The position numbers and the translations under genes are program-made. A stretch of 25,922 nucleotides of DNA from an uncultured Clostridia bacterium (lineage in GTDB: Bacteria > Bacillota > Clostridia > Christensenellales > UBA1242). Numbering within the stretch: the stretch's first letter is position 1; each line of letters begins with the position of its first letter. The notes beneath the pieces were generated by a model. That model did no database searches. It was not told the origin of the DNA and saw only the letters and a program-made list of their open reading frames with translations. Below, piece after piece: positions 13,133-24,271 of the stretch. The stretch is taken from positions 1-25,922 of the forward strand of contig CAMOEU010000001.1 of NCBI GenBank assembly GCA_946612575.1. The letters are read 5' to 3'.

Positions 13133-16100
13133 ATGAAAAAATTTAGGATAGCATTGATGTCGATTTTTACATTGCTTCTTGGCAGTGTGCTTGTTGGATG
13201 TAATTTCAAAAAACCTGAAATTGATTTCTCAAAAGAGCAGGTTTATATTTCTGCGGGAGAAGAAGTTGATCTTAGAGGTCTTTTGAATGTGAAAGAGGTC
13301 GATGCAAAAGATGTTAGGTTTAGATTTGAAGATTCTTCACTCTTTCAAGTTTCTGAAGGAAAGATAAAAGCAAAGAGTAGAAGTGGTGAGTCTTATGTTT
13401 ATGCCACATACAACAATGATGTTTTTGCCTCAATTAAAGTTTTTGTTAAACAAAAATTCTCAACACCTAAAAACTTTTCAATGAATGAAAATGGACTTAT
13501 CTCTTGGGACAAGTCACTTGCGATTTACAGCAGTGAAACAACACCTACATTTGCAAGCTCTTATAGAGTTTATGGAACATACACTTCATACACTGGCGGG
13601 CAAGAAAACGAACCTGAAACATTTGAAGTTTTCTCAAACACAAATTCATATCAACTTGAAAACGAAGGTGTTTACAATATCAAAATTGTTGCACAAGGCA
13701 CGGACAGATTTGATGCTAGTGCAGAATATGCCGTTCAGTCATTTGGCTTTGGATATATGCCAAAAATTGCAACAGCAGATTTGATTTGGTCAAATGATGG
13801 TGTTCTTTCTTGGGAAACAACTGAGATTGAAAATGCGGAATACGAAGTTTATGTTGACGGCATTAAGGTTGTTGACAAACAATCACAAAAGAGTGCAGAC
13901 CTTTCAGAGTTGTTTGACGAGCTTCAAGCAAAAAATCATACAATCAAAGTTGTTGTTTATGATGCTGTTGGCGACAAAATGCCTACAGAAAGCGATGCAA
14001 TTTCTGTTTTGAAGTTGGCAAGTCCTGTTGCTACATATGCTTTTTCAGCAGAAAATGGTGGGCTTATTTCCTTGGGAGCAAATCCACTTATTGATCACTA
14101 TAAATTCACACTTGTTGGTGATGATGAAGAAGTTGTCACAATCGACAATGAAGAAGATGGAGTTTTGACTTCACTTGATATGATTGATGCTGGTGTTTAT
14201 TCACTTTCTATCCAAGCAATTGCCGTTGAAGGAAATTATTATCAAAGTGACAAAGTTTCTTTTGGGAAAATCTACAAACTTGAAACATTGACTATTTCAG
14301 GAACAGACAAGAATGTTGAGAATTCAAACACATTCAATCTTCTTGCAAGTGCAAATGCAAGTGTTGACACAATTCTTTCAGTTAATGTTGGGGAAACAAA
14401 AACAACTTCAATCGGGATTGAAGCTGGGGAAACAAGTGCCGAATTTGAAGTGGAAGTTCCTTCAAATGGTATTTACTCTGTTTCTGCAAAGCAATTTGCA
14501 AAGGAAGAGCAAAACACAATCTTTGGAGAAAGAGTTTATGTTTTGAATTCAAACTTGAGTGAAGCAGTTGTTGTTGAAAAACTTGAAGCAATTTCAAACA
14601 TCACTCACGAAATTGAAAGTGAAAAATCTGTTTTTGTTTTCGATGAAGTTGAAAATGCTGACAAATATGAAGTGTTTGCACTTGATGGAGAAGAGTTTGC
14701 TCTAGTTGACAGCAGTTTGTATTCTTGCGAGATTTCTCAAGGCAAGGTTAGATTTGTTTTTGATGACAAAATTGAAAACTTGAATGTTGCACAAAATGAA
14801 AAAGTGTTTACGATTAAGTTTGTTGCAAAGAAAAATGATGAAACCCTTACAATAAACTCTGCAAAACAAAAAGTTTTGACCGAACTTGATATAGCAGGAA
14901 ATGTGGAAAAAGAAAACTTAAACAAAGTTTATTCTTGGACTGCAGTGGAAAATGCAGATGCCTACAGGGTGGGAATTTACAACATTGACAAAGCTACATT
15001 TATAGCAGGACAAACAGACATTGACACGACTACACTTGACAAAAATGAAGAAGTTGTCGATACAAATTCTTATACATTTGCAAACGAAGGATATTATCTT
15101 GTCAAAGTTTTCTCACTTACTGAAAATGCAAATGAGTTTATAAACTCAACAGAGTCTTTTGACAGACTTGTTTGTGTTTCTGAAAAACTTGTTGTTGAAG
15201 ATTTTGATGTAAGTTTTGTTGGTGGAAAATATAATGTTGTGATTGAAAATAAAGACCATTTTGATAAATATGAGGTTTATCTTGATGATGTGAAGATTCT
15301 TGACACAACAGCAAGCAGTGAAGAAAACTCAACATATATTCTTGAAACAGATTTTGCTGATGAAACAAAAACTTACAAGATTGAAGTTGTTGCAAAAGCA
15401 AATGATAATGTGCTTTATGAAAATTCAGAGAAAAAGGCAGTGAGAGTTGTCAAACTTCCACAAATTGTTGGGGAAGATATTGAAATTGCAAAACAAAGCA
15501 TTGCCGTGGGCTCAGATATGAAAACAGCAACACAATCACAAGAAATGAAAGTGAGTGCTGTTGAAGGTGCAAGAGGAGTGCTTCTCTATCAAGAAACAAA
15601 CCCAGCAGAAAGAGCTGGCGGAGAGGATGCAACAACCGCAACATATGACCTTGGCACAATTGCAAACACAAACTTTGTGTTTAAGTATTTTGGTTCTGCA
15701 AAACAAGGGAATGTTTTTGTAAAGACAAATGGATATATTTATCTTGACAGTGAAGAGTCAACAATAAACATTTCTAGACTTGAAACTCCAACAAATTGTG
15801 AATATGTAAACGGAGTCTTGAAGTTTAATAATACAAACACAGCAATCACAGAATATTATGTTGTGACAATTGTGTGCAAAGGACAAGATGGAGAAAGAAG
15901 AAACATTGTTGTCGAACTTTCAACAGAAGCAAAAGCAACTTATGGAGAAAATTCTGAAGTTATTGGAAATGGCGGCGACTTTGTTTCAAATAATGTAAAT
16001 GAAGTTTCAATTTCCATTGAAGATCTCATTGAAGCTGTTTCAAATGTTTCTGATGTTGAAATCAGACAAGTTTACTCTCAAGCAGCAAGCTTTGGATTTG

Positions 16101-19100
16101 CTGTTTACAGTTATGCAAATATAGTTAACGATGATGCTGTGGTTTCGTCTTCAAACTATGCCGGCACAGCTTTGGATGCAAACACAAAAGTTGTTGTTGT
16201 GGAAAAGATGACTGCTCCAGAAATTTCTTACCAAATAATTGGAGAAAACATTGTCTTCAATTGGGATGCGGTTTCAACTGATGCTGCAGTTTCTGCACAA
16301 ACAACATATCAAATGTTTGTAAATGGAAACGAATATGGACAAGTTATTTCTGGCACTCAAACAGCAAGTTATGCTTTGAGCGAATTTGCCCTTGGAACAT
16401 ATTATACATTTGCACTCACTGCACCAAATCCAAATTATATAGAATCGAGTCTTTCAAACAAAGTTAGAATTTTTAGACTCAACAAAATTACTTCACTCAA
16501 ACTTCTTACTGGTGGGGACTATGATGGACAATTGCAATATGAATTGTCTTCACAAGAACAAGAATTTGTAGATTATGTTTTGGTTGGTGAAGAACATAAT
16601 CAAACAGGAAAAATTGAAATTTCTGCTCCAGGTGCAATTACACTTAAAGTTGTTGGAAAGAAAAATGTCGAAAGTCAAGATATGACAACAACATACATTG
16701 ACAGTGAAACAACAACTTGGACTCTCAGTCAAATGCAAACACTTAAACCAGCATTGGAAAACTTTGAATATAACAATGGTGTTTTGAGCTGGGATGAATT
16801 TGCTGAAGGAAATAATTTTGAAAACCTTAAATATGTCTTGATTTTCACTGATTCTCAAGATAATATCGTTTCTTACACAACAAATCAAAACGAAGTTTCG
16901 ATAAGTGAAACAACATTGGATGAGACATTGCAAAGACTTGTTGAAGGAAACATTGACATCTCACTTTATGCAAAACTTGAAACTTATGATGTTGTCGCTG
17001 GCGGAACAATTTATTACAGCAACAAGATAACACTTGAAAATGATTTTGAAGTTGCAAACTATCATAAATATGCAAACACACTTTCAATTTCAAAACTTCC
17101 TACTCCAGTTGTTTCGAATGTGGAATTTGTTGAAGATAGCACAAATGGAATTTACAACACTCCAAATATTGAAATAACATTTACAGGCGACTATGGAAAC
17201 GAAGCAGACTTTGTTGTTTCTTCAAACATTGATGGACAAGAAATCACAACAGAAACTGTTAAGCTTACAAAGAATGCTGATTCATATAAATATGTAATGC
17301 AAGCAGAAAAGTATAAAAACAAGTTTGCAAGCGGCAAAACGATTGTATTCAAAATTGCTGCAATCAGTGAAGAAAACATTCCTTCATCTGTGGGAAGTGT
17401 GAATGTCCTTTGTGCAAACACAATATCTGGATTTGAAATCAAAGAAGATAAAAACGGAGAAGGTCTTTCTCACTTGCTTCAAATAAATGTTGCACAAGCT
17501 GATGTTCAAAAAACTGCTGGCGGATTTGATTTGGCATTTGGGATTATTGAAAATGGCGGCTCTGAAAAATATATTCATATTCAAAAGAGTGTGTCAACAG
17601 TTTCTACAACACAAACTTTTGACATTACAGATGTGATTGAAACACATTTGGCAAATGGCGGATTCTTGACAATTTCAATTACGACCCGCTCTTATTCAAA
17701 TGCGGAAAGTGGTGTATATATTCTTGCATGTCCTACATATTACATTCTACCTAAGTATGATGTTTTGTCAGGAGTGACTCAGGCAAACATAACAAAAACT
17801 GCTGGTGGATTTGAAATTGATAAAACAGTAAATAATGAAACAACAAAATATAAAGTTGTTTATGGTGCAAATGTTTATGATGTTATTTATAAGGATGACA
17901 AATTCTATTTTGAAGTTCCAACAACTTGGGTAAATGGAAATTATGAACTTAAAATCTATGCCGTTGAAAGTGATTATATTTATTCAAAACAACTCAACTA
18001 TACATTTGTGTTAAACAGAATTGATAATGTGACAAATGTGTCAATCACAAGAGACAGCGAAGATCTTTCTGATGGAAAAATTGAATGGACAAATGTTTCT
18101 GGTGCAGCTGGATATATGCTTAGAATTTATAGTGACAACACAAGAAGCAAAGAAATAACAAGGGTTTCATCTTCTACAAATTCTTTGAAATTCAGCGAAA
18201 TCTTCACAGAAGAATTTTATGACGAACTTAGAATAAACGAAGAAGATAAAGATATTTTTGTTGGAATTGCTGCACTTGGACAAAATGAAACCGCAAACGA
18301 TTCTCAAGAATACACATTCAATGCAAAAGTTTGTGGAAATTACTTTGATGTTGAAGAAGAAATTAAACTCAACGAATATGGTTTGGTGACATTCAAAGCA
18401 ACTGCTGGAAAAACATATATCTATAGATTTGTTGACACGGCTGGACAAGTGCTTTCTGATTGGGTTGAGGTGACAGCGGAAGATGATATTGTCACAATTG
18501 ATGCAAGTGTTTTAAATAGAGATTCTTCAAACAATGTTAGACCTGCCGGAACAGTTTTTGACATTCAAATTATTGTTGTGGGAAGTTATGATGGTGACAC
18601 AATTTCATTTAACTCAAAACCAGTTTCGACAGAAGACTCTGATGTGAAATTCTTGATTAATGCTGAAATAAGTAAAATAGAATACAATTCAAGTTATGCA
18701 GAATATATCACATTTGAAATGCAAACATTTGAAGCTGCATCACAAGGTGAAGAAGACGAAGAGTCTGAAGAAGAAAGCAGTGCTATTGACATTTTGTATT
18801 ATGGTGTCGAAGCAGATGCAATCAAGACAGGAAAAGTTTCATATATAACTCCAAAGGTTTTGAAGAACAATGATGATGGAACAAGCATTTATGGATGCAA
18901 ACTTATCGATTTGATTCTTGATATGACAAGTGAAGAAAATGTTGAGAAATTTGGAGAACTTCCTTCAGGAGATACAACAATTTATTTCTGGTCATACAGA
19001 AAAGACGACGGTGAGATTTTGAATGACTACATAAATTCTCCAGCAAAAGGATATGTGATAAATCACACCGCTGATGCAAACTTTGTTGGAATAGAAAAAT

Positions 19101-22100
19101 ATGGACTTCCAGAAGATGCTCAATTCCAAGAAGATTATGCAAACACATTTGCACTCTTTGAAACAAATGAAACATTATTAAATATGAATGTTGGTGTTGT
19201 TGTGAGAGTGACTGATGGAAATGAGACAATCACTAAGTTTATCAGTCGAGCAGAAATGGTTGGCAACGAATATTTTGAAGGTAGAGATGTGATTGTTGCA
19301 AACCTTACAAACCTTTTTGAAACAACAAACGGTTTGAAAGATATGTATGGTGATTTGACAATTGATATTCTTAGAGTGAAAATACAAACATTGACTCAAA
19401 GATTTGTGATTTCAGATTGGACAGAAGCAATTGAGTTTAAGAGAATTCAAGGTGTTGACAAAATCACACTTTCAGCAGGAGCAGTTTCTTGGAAACCAAA
19501 AGACACATACAATGGAAGTTTCTATGTTTATTTGATAAGTAAAGATGCTTATGATGAAGAGACTGGCATAATTGATGGAAACTATTCAGTGTTTAGAACA
19601 ACAAACACATACTTCTCAATTATGGATAAAATCACTGAAGACGATGAATTCTATATTGCAATTCAAGCAATTGGACTTCCAGACAACATTTTGCCATCAG
19701 CTAAATTGTTTGTCATGGAAAACGGCAAAGCAAAGCTTATCAGAAAAAACAAAATAACAAACAAACTCAATCTTGAAAACGGAAACTTGTCATTTGATTG
19801 GACAGGTTCTGATTTGATTGAATTCTTGAATGGTGTAGATGAAGTGTCTGTGACTAAAGTAGATGAATTATACAAGAGCACTTTCAATATTCCATTCACA
19901 TTCAACATTACTGATTTTGTAAAAGAACAATATGTTGTTAGATTTAGATTTACAAATAAAGAAACAAACAAAGTTCAAACATTTGATGTTGATGCACAAG
20001 AATTTGTGACAAATGAATTTTTGACGGAAACAGTACCTGGAAAAGATTATACTTACGAGCAACTTCTTACAAATCTTGCAACAATTGCAGGCTCAACAGT
20101 TCAAAAGAATGAAATAAACACTTTTGTAAGCATGCTTAAAAAATCAAGACTTGGAGTGGGAAATTCTAAAAACTTGTTTGATGATTATTTTGAAACTCTT
20201 CAAGCAGGCAATTATAGTCTTGAATACAGCCTTGTTGGAAGAAACTATTCAATAAGCTCAAATTGGGTTTCTTTTGAAAATGCTCAAGGAGAAAATAGTG
20301 TTTATGTTTTGAGACAACCAAACATTAAAGTTCTCAGAACTCCAAGCAATACTGATTCAAGCAAAAACTATTATAAAGTGTTTATCAAAATGGTAAGTTT
20401 ACACTATTTTGAAAACGGTGTTGACACAGAGAAACTTGCCGAACACTATGTTTGGAAAGTTTATAAGAAAACGGAAGAGGGTGAAAATGCATTTGTGTTT
20501 GACATCCAAAAGTCAGGAGATGACTATGCTGTTTCACTTCTTGGTGTTGATGGTTATAATGCAAAAGCAATTAGATGCGATGAAAACGGAAATGCAGATG
20601 CAGATGGAATGTATATAATGTTCTATCTCAACTTGGAAGAAGATTCAATTCTTGGCAGATTTGGAAACGAATTTGATAAGACAAACTACAAATTCCAAAT
20701 TTATGCAGTTGGAAATGATCTTTGCATTTCAAGTAAAACAGAGATGTTTGAAATCGTATTCCTTGGTTTTGATACAGGACTTAGTGTTATTGATGGTGTG
20801 TTTAATTGGACAACACAGATGAATAGAAACACAACAGTTATCTATAAGAAAGATTCATCTATAGAAGAAAAGAAAGTTGTTTTGAATGGAAGTGGAAGTT
20901 CGATAACATACAGCCTTGAAGGTGCTGGACTTTACAATTACATTAAGTTTATATCATTTGGTGAAGTTGCAGGAAACAAAGTTTATGTTGACAGCGAAAT
21001 TTACACATTCAAAAATGTTTATAAACTTGAAAAACCTGTTTTGCAAAACTTAAATGGAAATATTGCAATCAATGACAGTGGAAACAAAACATGGATAGAA
21101 AAATGTTATTCAACAACAAGCCTTTACAATTATAGGATATACAACAATGTTTCTACAGAAACTTCATATATAACATTTGTGGATGGTAATGAAGCAAAAG
21201 ACTTGTATATGTATGAGCCTGGCACAACAAACATAGAAAGTTCAGATCCAAATTTTGAATACAAAAAGACAGAATTTGACCCTGCAATTCAAACATTCTA
21301 TGTTTCAAGCATAGGTTCGACATCTAGATTTGTGTTTGAAAAAGATCCTGAACAAAACGGTGTTATAAATGCTTATTGCAAAGAAGAAAAGGATGGAGAA
21401 GAAGGTAAAAACAACCTTAGTATTGCAATTTCAAGTGATATTGCTGATTTCAATGCAAAAATGATGAATACAGTTTCAAAAGTTGAAATTAAGGATGGTA
21501 TTATAACTTGGAATAAAGTTGAGAAGAGTGTTTTGAACTATGGTGATGATGAAACTATGGACTTGACCTTGCCAAACAAGACATACACAGTTTATAAAGT
21601 CACAATCGAACAATACAACGAAAAAGGTGGTGTTCCAGAAAATAGCGAAGCGGTTGACCCAATTTTGATTACAAAATATACAACAAAAGAACAATTTGAC
21701 TTTGCATATCTCTCAGAGAGTGAATTCAGTGAAGATGCAGAATATATCAAAGTGACAGTTCAAGCACTTGCATTGTCTGTTTCACAAACAGTTCCTGAAG
21801 GAATTGCTGACAATATGTGGGTAAGACTTGTTGACGGCAGAATTGGTTATGGCCTTACACAATATCAAGAGAGATATAAAGAAAATGAAGATGATATTGG
21901 AACAAAATTCTATGTGTTGCTTGGACAAGGTGCATCTATCGATCAAATAACACACACAGCACATGTTGATGACAATTCTCTTAAAGTTGAAAATGGAAAA
22001 GTTTATTGGACATACACTCTTGATGGTGCAATTGCAAATTATGGCGAAGATTATGATTTGTTTAAAAATTATCAATTTACTATATTTGACAAAGATTCAA

Positions 22101-24238
22101 AAGATATAACAGGTCAAAACAACATGACTGTTGTAAACAAAGAAGGAAAAGATGTCGAATATATTGATCAAAATGGTATAACACAGACAAAACAATGCAC
22201 AGTCTTCACAATTGAATTTGAAATTGATGATGGACTTTTGGATGGTGGACAAAACACATTGAGTGTTTTTGTAAACAAAGTTGATGATACAAAATCAGTC
22301 AAGTCTTATGGAAGATCAATCAAGATTACAAAAATGGAAAATGTTGATGAGTCTTATACAGTGATTGATGAATTGATGGTCTTTGATGATGGCACTGTTT
22401 TGGAAAGACTTGATGTTTCAAAATACTTTGAAGACTATGGAAATGCTACAATTTTTGTAAAAGCTCACACATTAAAAGATGCACAAACAGAGGATGCGAC
22501 AGAACAAACTTTTGTTCTTACAAAAGAAAACACAATCATTTATATTTTAAGTAATGATTCTCACATGGAAGAAACTATTTACTTGGATGGAAATCCAATT
22601 ACTTTGAGTGGTGTAAATGCGATTGTTGTTGAGGACAATGGTTCGTCTAATCTTGAAATCAAGGCTGAAAGTGAAGATGATGAACTTGACAAGAAAAACT
22701 ACATTTATAGTGACACATATGACAAAATCATACTCAAAAGATTGGAATGGAATGATGAGGATAATATTTCTTGGGAAGTAAATCCACAACAATTCAAATG
22801 GACATACCATGGTTACTTTGCAACTCAAAGTGATATCAAAGCAACAGCAGTGACTCAAAGTGGGGAAACTTTTGTTGAAGATGAAGACTCGGAAGAAGAG
22901 ACGATTACTGTCGGAACAATGTATAAGATAGTTAAACATCTTGATAACATTTATTCAATAATCGAAATAGACGGTGTGTATTATAAAGTTGAAAGGGAAG
23001 ATGTTGTTGGACCAACATTTATTGTGACAATAAAGTATGAAACAAAAACCTGTGTTTATGATGTGAATGAATATGAAATTAAACATGATGAAGATGGATT
23101 CTCTTATCAAGAATACACAATAGAACCTACTGTTATTGGTGAAATTTCTTCAATTTCAATAAGAATCAAACTTGGACCAACAAATATTGAATCTCAAGAA
23201 AACGAAAACAACAATGAAGGACAAGGTTTTGAATTTAACTTGTTTGCAGCTGGGGAAGGAATTGAAAGTTCTCCTTATCAAATTGCGACAAAAGCAGAAT
23301 TTGAAAATATTGGATACAGACTTTCAAAGTCACAAGCACTTAAAGATTATGACGGAATAAAGACATTCTACTTTAAACTTATCGATGATATCGATCTTGG
23401 TGAAATTGATGGATATATGTTTGCGGAAGAATTTGCTGGTGTGCTTGACGGGGATAACCACACAATTACATACAAATCAAATTCTCCAACTTCTCTTGAA
23501 AAGCAAATAAAGATTGCAAACCGTGTAAACACTGAACAAGTTTATGAACAAGGAACAGCTCTTTTCAATAAATTTGCAAGTTTGGCTGTTGTTAAAAACT
23601 TGAATGTTGATGTGACATATGGAGAATATTCAACAACAGTAAACACAATTCTTGCTGGACTTGTTTTAACAAACTATGGAAAGTTGAACAATGTCAACTT
23701 GACTGGTTTCAGAACAGAGTTTACAGGATTCCATTCTAATCCAATCATTGGAATTTGTTATGCAGGACTTGTTGGATTAAATGCCGGTGTTGATGCAGAA
23801 ATCAATGGATGTAAAAATCTTGCAAGTGTTGAGATTGATACAAAAGATTTTGAAAGTGCATCAGATGATGATGAAGGTTATGTAAACCAATATGTTAGAT
23901 TTGCAGGTATAGCAGGAGCAAATCAGGCGACAATCACAAATTGTGAAAATGGAATTTTAAATCAAACAACAATTGAATATATTGGCGATGGAAACAAATG
24001 TCATGTTGAAATTGCTGGAATTTCACTTGTTAATGGTGCAAATGCAAAAATAACAAATTGCACAAACAAGGCAGTTTATGCTATCAATGTGACAAACCTT
24101 ACAGAACCTTGGGAAGTTGATGCTGCGGGAATTGTTATCAAAAACAGTGGAACAATCACTTCAAACACAAATGAATGTTACACTGATTTGACAGCTGAAG
24201 GACTTACGGTAAATCAAGGAGAAATCTTCGTTTCTTAG
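13133..24238 (+). CDS. Giant surface lipoprotein with Ig-like, many FN3-like repeats and C-terminal GLUG-type domain
   Basis: 3701 aa uninterrupted; signal peptide II with lipobox LVG-C23; recurrent [KR]L-x-[TAK]P...G-x-hydrophobic-x-W...Y units; C-terminal 'GEGIESSPYQIAT...DDIDL...FAGVLDGDNHTI' domain with AGLVG/AGIAG repeats. Confidence 0.8.
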   Translation: MKKFRIALMSIFTLLLGSVLVGCNFKKPEIDFSKEQVYISAGEEVDLRGLLNVKEVDAKDVRFRFEDSSLFQVSEGKIKAKSRSGESYVYATYNNDVFASIKVFVKQKFSTPKNFSMNENGLISWDKSLAIYSSETTPTFASSYRVYGTYTSYTGGQENEPETFEVFSNTNSYQLENEGVYNIKIVAQGTDRFDASAEYAVQSFGFGYMPKIATADLIWSNDGVLSWETTEIENAEYEVYVDGIKVVDKQSQKSADLSELFDELQAKNHTIKVVVYDAVGDKMPTESDAISVLKLASPVATYAFSAENGGLISLGANPLIDHYKFTLVGDDEEVVTIDNEEDGVLTSLDMIDAGVYSLSIQAIAVEGNYYQSDKVSFGKIYKLETLTISGTDKNVENSNTFNLLASANASVDTILSVNVGETKTTSIGIEAGETSAEFEVEVPSNGIYSVSAKQFAKEEQNTIFGERVYVLNSNLSEAVVVEKLEAISNITHEIESEKSVFVFDEVENADKYEVFALDGEEFALVDSSLYSCEISQGKVRFVFDDKIENLNVAQNEKVFTIKFVAKKNDETLTINSAKQKVLTELDIAGNVEKENLNKVYSWTAVENADAYRVGIYNIDKATFIAGQTDIDTTTLDKNEEVVDTNSYTFANEGYYLVKVFSLTENANEFINSTESFDRLVCVSEKLVVEDFDVSFVGGKYNVVIENKDHFDKYEVYLDDVKILDTTASSEENSTYILETDFADETKTYKIEVVAKANDNVLYENSEKKAVRVVKLPQIVGEDIEIAKQSIAVGSDMKTATQSQEMKVSAVEGARGVLLYQETNPAERAGGEDATTATYDLGTIANTNFVFKYFGSAKQGNVFVKTNGYIYLDSEESTINISRLETPTNCEYVNGVLKFNNTNTAITEYYVVTIVCKGQDGERRNIVVELSTEAKATYGENSEVIGNGGDFVSNNVNEVSISIEDLIEAVSNVSDVEIRQVYSQAASFGFAVYSYANIVNDDAVVSSSNYAGTALDANTKVVVVEKMTAPEISYQIIGENIVFNWDAVSTDAAVSAQTTYQMFVNGNEYGQVISGTQTASYALSEFALGTYYTFALTAPNPNYIESSLSNKVRIFRLNKITSLKLLTGGDYDGQLQYELSSQEQEFVDYVLVGEEHNQTGKIEISAPGAITLKVVGKKNVESQDMTTTYIDSETTTWTLSQMQTLKPALENFEYNNGVLSWDEFAEGNNFENLKYVLIFTDSQDNIVSYTTNQNEVSISETTLDETLQRLVEGNIDISLYAKLETYDVVAGGTIYYSNKITLENDFEVANYHKYANTLSISKLPTPVVSNVEFVEDSTNGIYNTPNIEITFTGDYGNEADFVVSSNIDGQEITTETVKLTKNADSYKYVMQAEKYKNKFASGKTIVFKIAAISEENIPSSVGSVNVLCANTISGFEIKEDKNGEGLSHLLQINVAQADVQKTAGGFDLAFGIIENGGSEKYIHIQKSVSTVSTTQTFDITDVIETHLANGGFLTISITTRSYSNAESGVYILACPTYYILPKYDVLSGVTQANITKTAGGFEIDKTVNNETTKYKVVYGANVYDVIYKDDKFYFEVPTTWVNGNYELKIYAVESDYIYSKQLNYTFVLNRIDNVTNVSITRDSEDLSDGKIEWTNVSGAAGYMLRIYSDNTRSKEITRVSSSTNSLKFSEIFTEEFYDELRINEEDKDIFVGIAALGQNETANDSQEYTFNAKVCGNYFDVEEEIKLNEYGLVTFKATAGKTYIYRFVDTAGQVLSDWVEVTAEDDIVTIDASVLNRDSSNNVRPAGTVFDIQIIVVGSYDGDTISFNSKPVSTEDSDVKFLINAEISKIEYNSSYAEYITFEMQTFEAASQGEEDEESEEESSAIDILYYGVEADAIKTGKVSYITPKVLKNNDDGTSIYGCKLIDLILDMTSEENVEKFGELPSGDTTIYFWSYRKDDGEILNDYINSPAKGYVINHTADANFVGIEKYGLPEDAQFQEDYANTFALFETNETLLNMNVGVVVRVTDGNETITKFISRAEMVGNEYFEGRDVIVANLTNLFETTNGLKDMYGDLTIDILRVKIQTLTQRFVISDWTEAIEFKRIQGVDKITLSAGAVSWKPKDTYNGSFYVYLISKDAYDEETGIIDGNYSVFRTTNTYFSIMDKITEDDEFYIAIQAIGLPDNILPSAKLFVMENGKAKLIRKNKITNKLNLENGNLSFDWTGSDLIEFLNGVDEVSVTKVDELYKSTFNIPFTFNITDFVKEQYVVRFRFTNKETNKVQTFDVDAQEFVTNEFLTETVPGKDYTYEQLLTNLATIAGSTVQKNEINTFVSMLKKSRLGVGNSKNLFDDYFETLQAGNYSLEYSLVGRNYSISSNWVSFENAQGENSVYVLRQPNIKVLRTPSNTDSSKNYYKVFIKMVSLHYFENGVDTEKLAEHYVWKVYKKTEEGENAFVFDIQKSGDDYAVSLLGVDGYNAKAIRCDENGNADADGMYIMFYLNLEEDSILGRFGNEFDKTNYKFQIYAVGNDLCISSKTEMFEIVFLGFDTGLSVIDGVFNWTTQMNRNTTVIYKKDSSIEEKKVVLNGSGSSITYSLEGAGLYNYIKFISFGEVAGNKVYVDSEIYTFKNVYKLEKPVLQNLNGNIAINDSGNKTWIEKCYSTTSLYNYRIYNNVSTETSYITFVDGNEAKDLYMYEPGTTNIESSDPNFEYKKTEFDPAIQTFYVSSIGSTSRFVFEKDPEQNGVINAYCKEEKDGEEGKNNLSIAISSDIADFNAKMMNTVSKVEIKDGIITWNKVEKSVLNYGDDETMDLTLPNKTYTVYKVTIEQYNEKGGVPENSEAVDPILITKYTTKEQFDFAYLSESEFSEDAEYIKVTVQALALSVSQTVPEGIADNMWVRLVDGRIGYGLTQYQERYKENEDDIGTKFYVLLGQGASIDQITHTAHVDDNSLKVENGKVYWTYTLDGAIANYGEDYDLFKNYQFTIFDKDSKDITGQNNMTVVNKEGKDVEYIDQNGITQTKQCTVFTIEFEIDDGLLDGGQNTLSVFVNKVDDTKSVKSYGRSIKITKMENVDESYTVIDELMVFDDGTVLERLDVSKYFEDYGNATIFVKAHTLKDAQTEDATEQTFVLTKENTIIYILSNDSHMEETIYLDGNPITLSGVNAIVVEDNGSSNLEIKAESEDDELDKKNYIYSDTYDKIILKRLEWNDEDNISWEVNPQQFKWTYHGYFATQSDIKATAVTQSGETFVEDEDSEEETITVGTMYKIVKHLDNIYSIIEIDGVYYKVEREDVVGPTFIVTIKYETKTCVYDVNEYEIKHDEDGFSYQEYTIEPTVIGEISSISIRIKLGPTNIESQENENNNEGQGFEFNLFAAGEGIESSPYQIATKAEFENIGYRLSKSQALKDYDGIKTFYFKLIDDIDLGEIDGYMFAEEFAGVLDGDNHTITYKSNSPTSLEKQIKIANRVNTEQVYEQGTALFNKFASLAVVKNLNVDVTYGEYSTTVNTILAGLVLTNYGKLNNVNLTGFRTEFTGFHSNPIIGICYAGLVGLNAGVDAEINGCKNLASVEIDTKDFESASDDDEGYVNQYVRFAGIAGANQATITNCENGILNQTTIEYIGDGNKCHVEIAGISLVNGANAKITNCTNKAVYAINVTNLTEPWEVDAAGIVIKNSGTITSNTNECYTDLTAEGLTVNQGEIFVS

Positions 24239-24271
24239 AATAATCAAAAATAAAAAGAGTATAAATAGACT

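Noticed and set aside
18745-18780. Acidic low-complexity stretch (GEEDEESEEESS) in the giant protein
   Set aside because: Short linker-like insertion with no repeat-unit structure suggesting phase variation.
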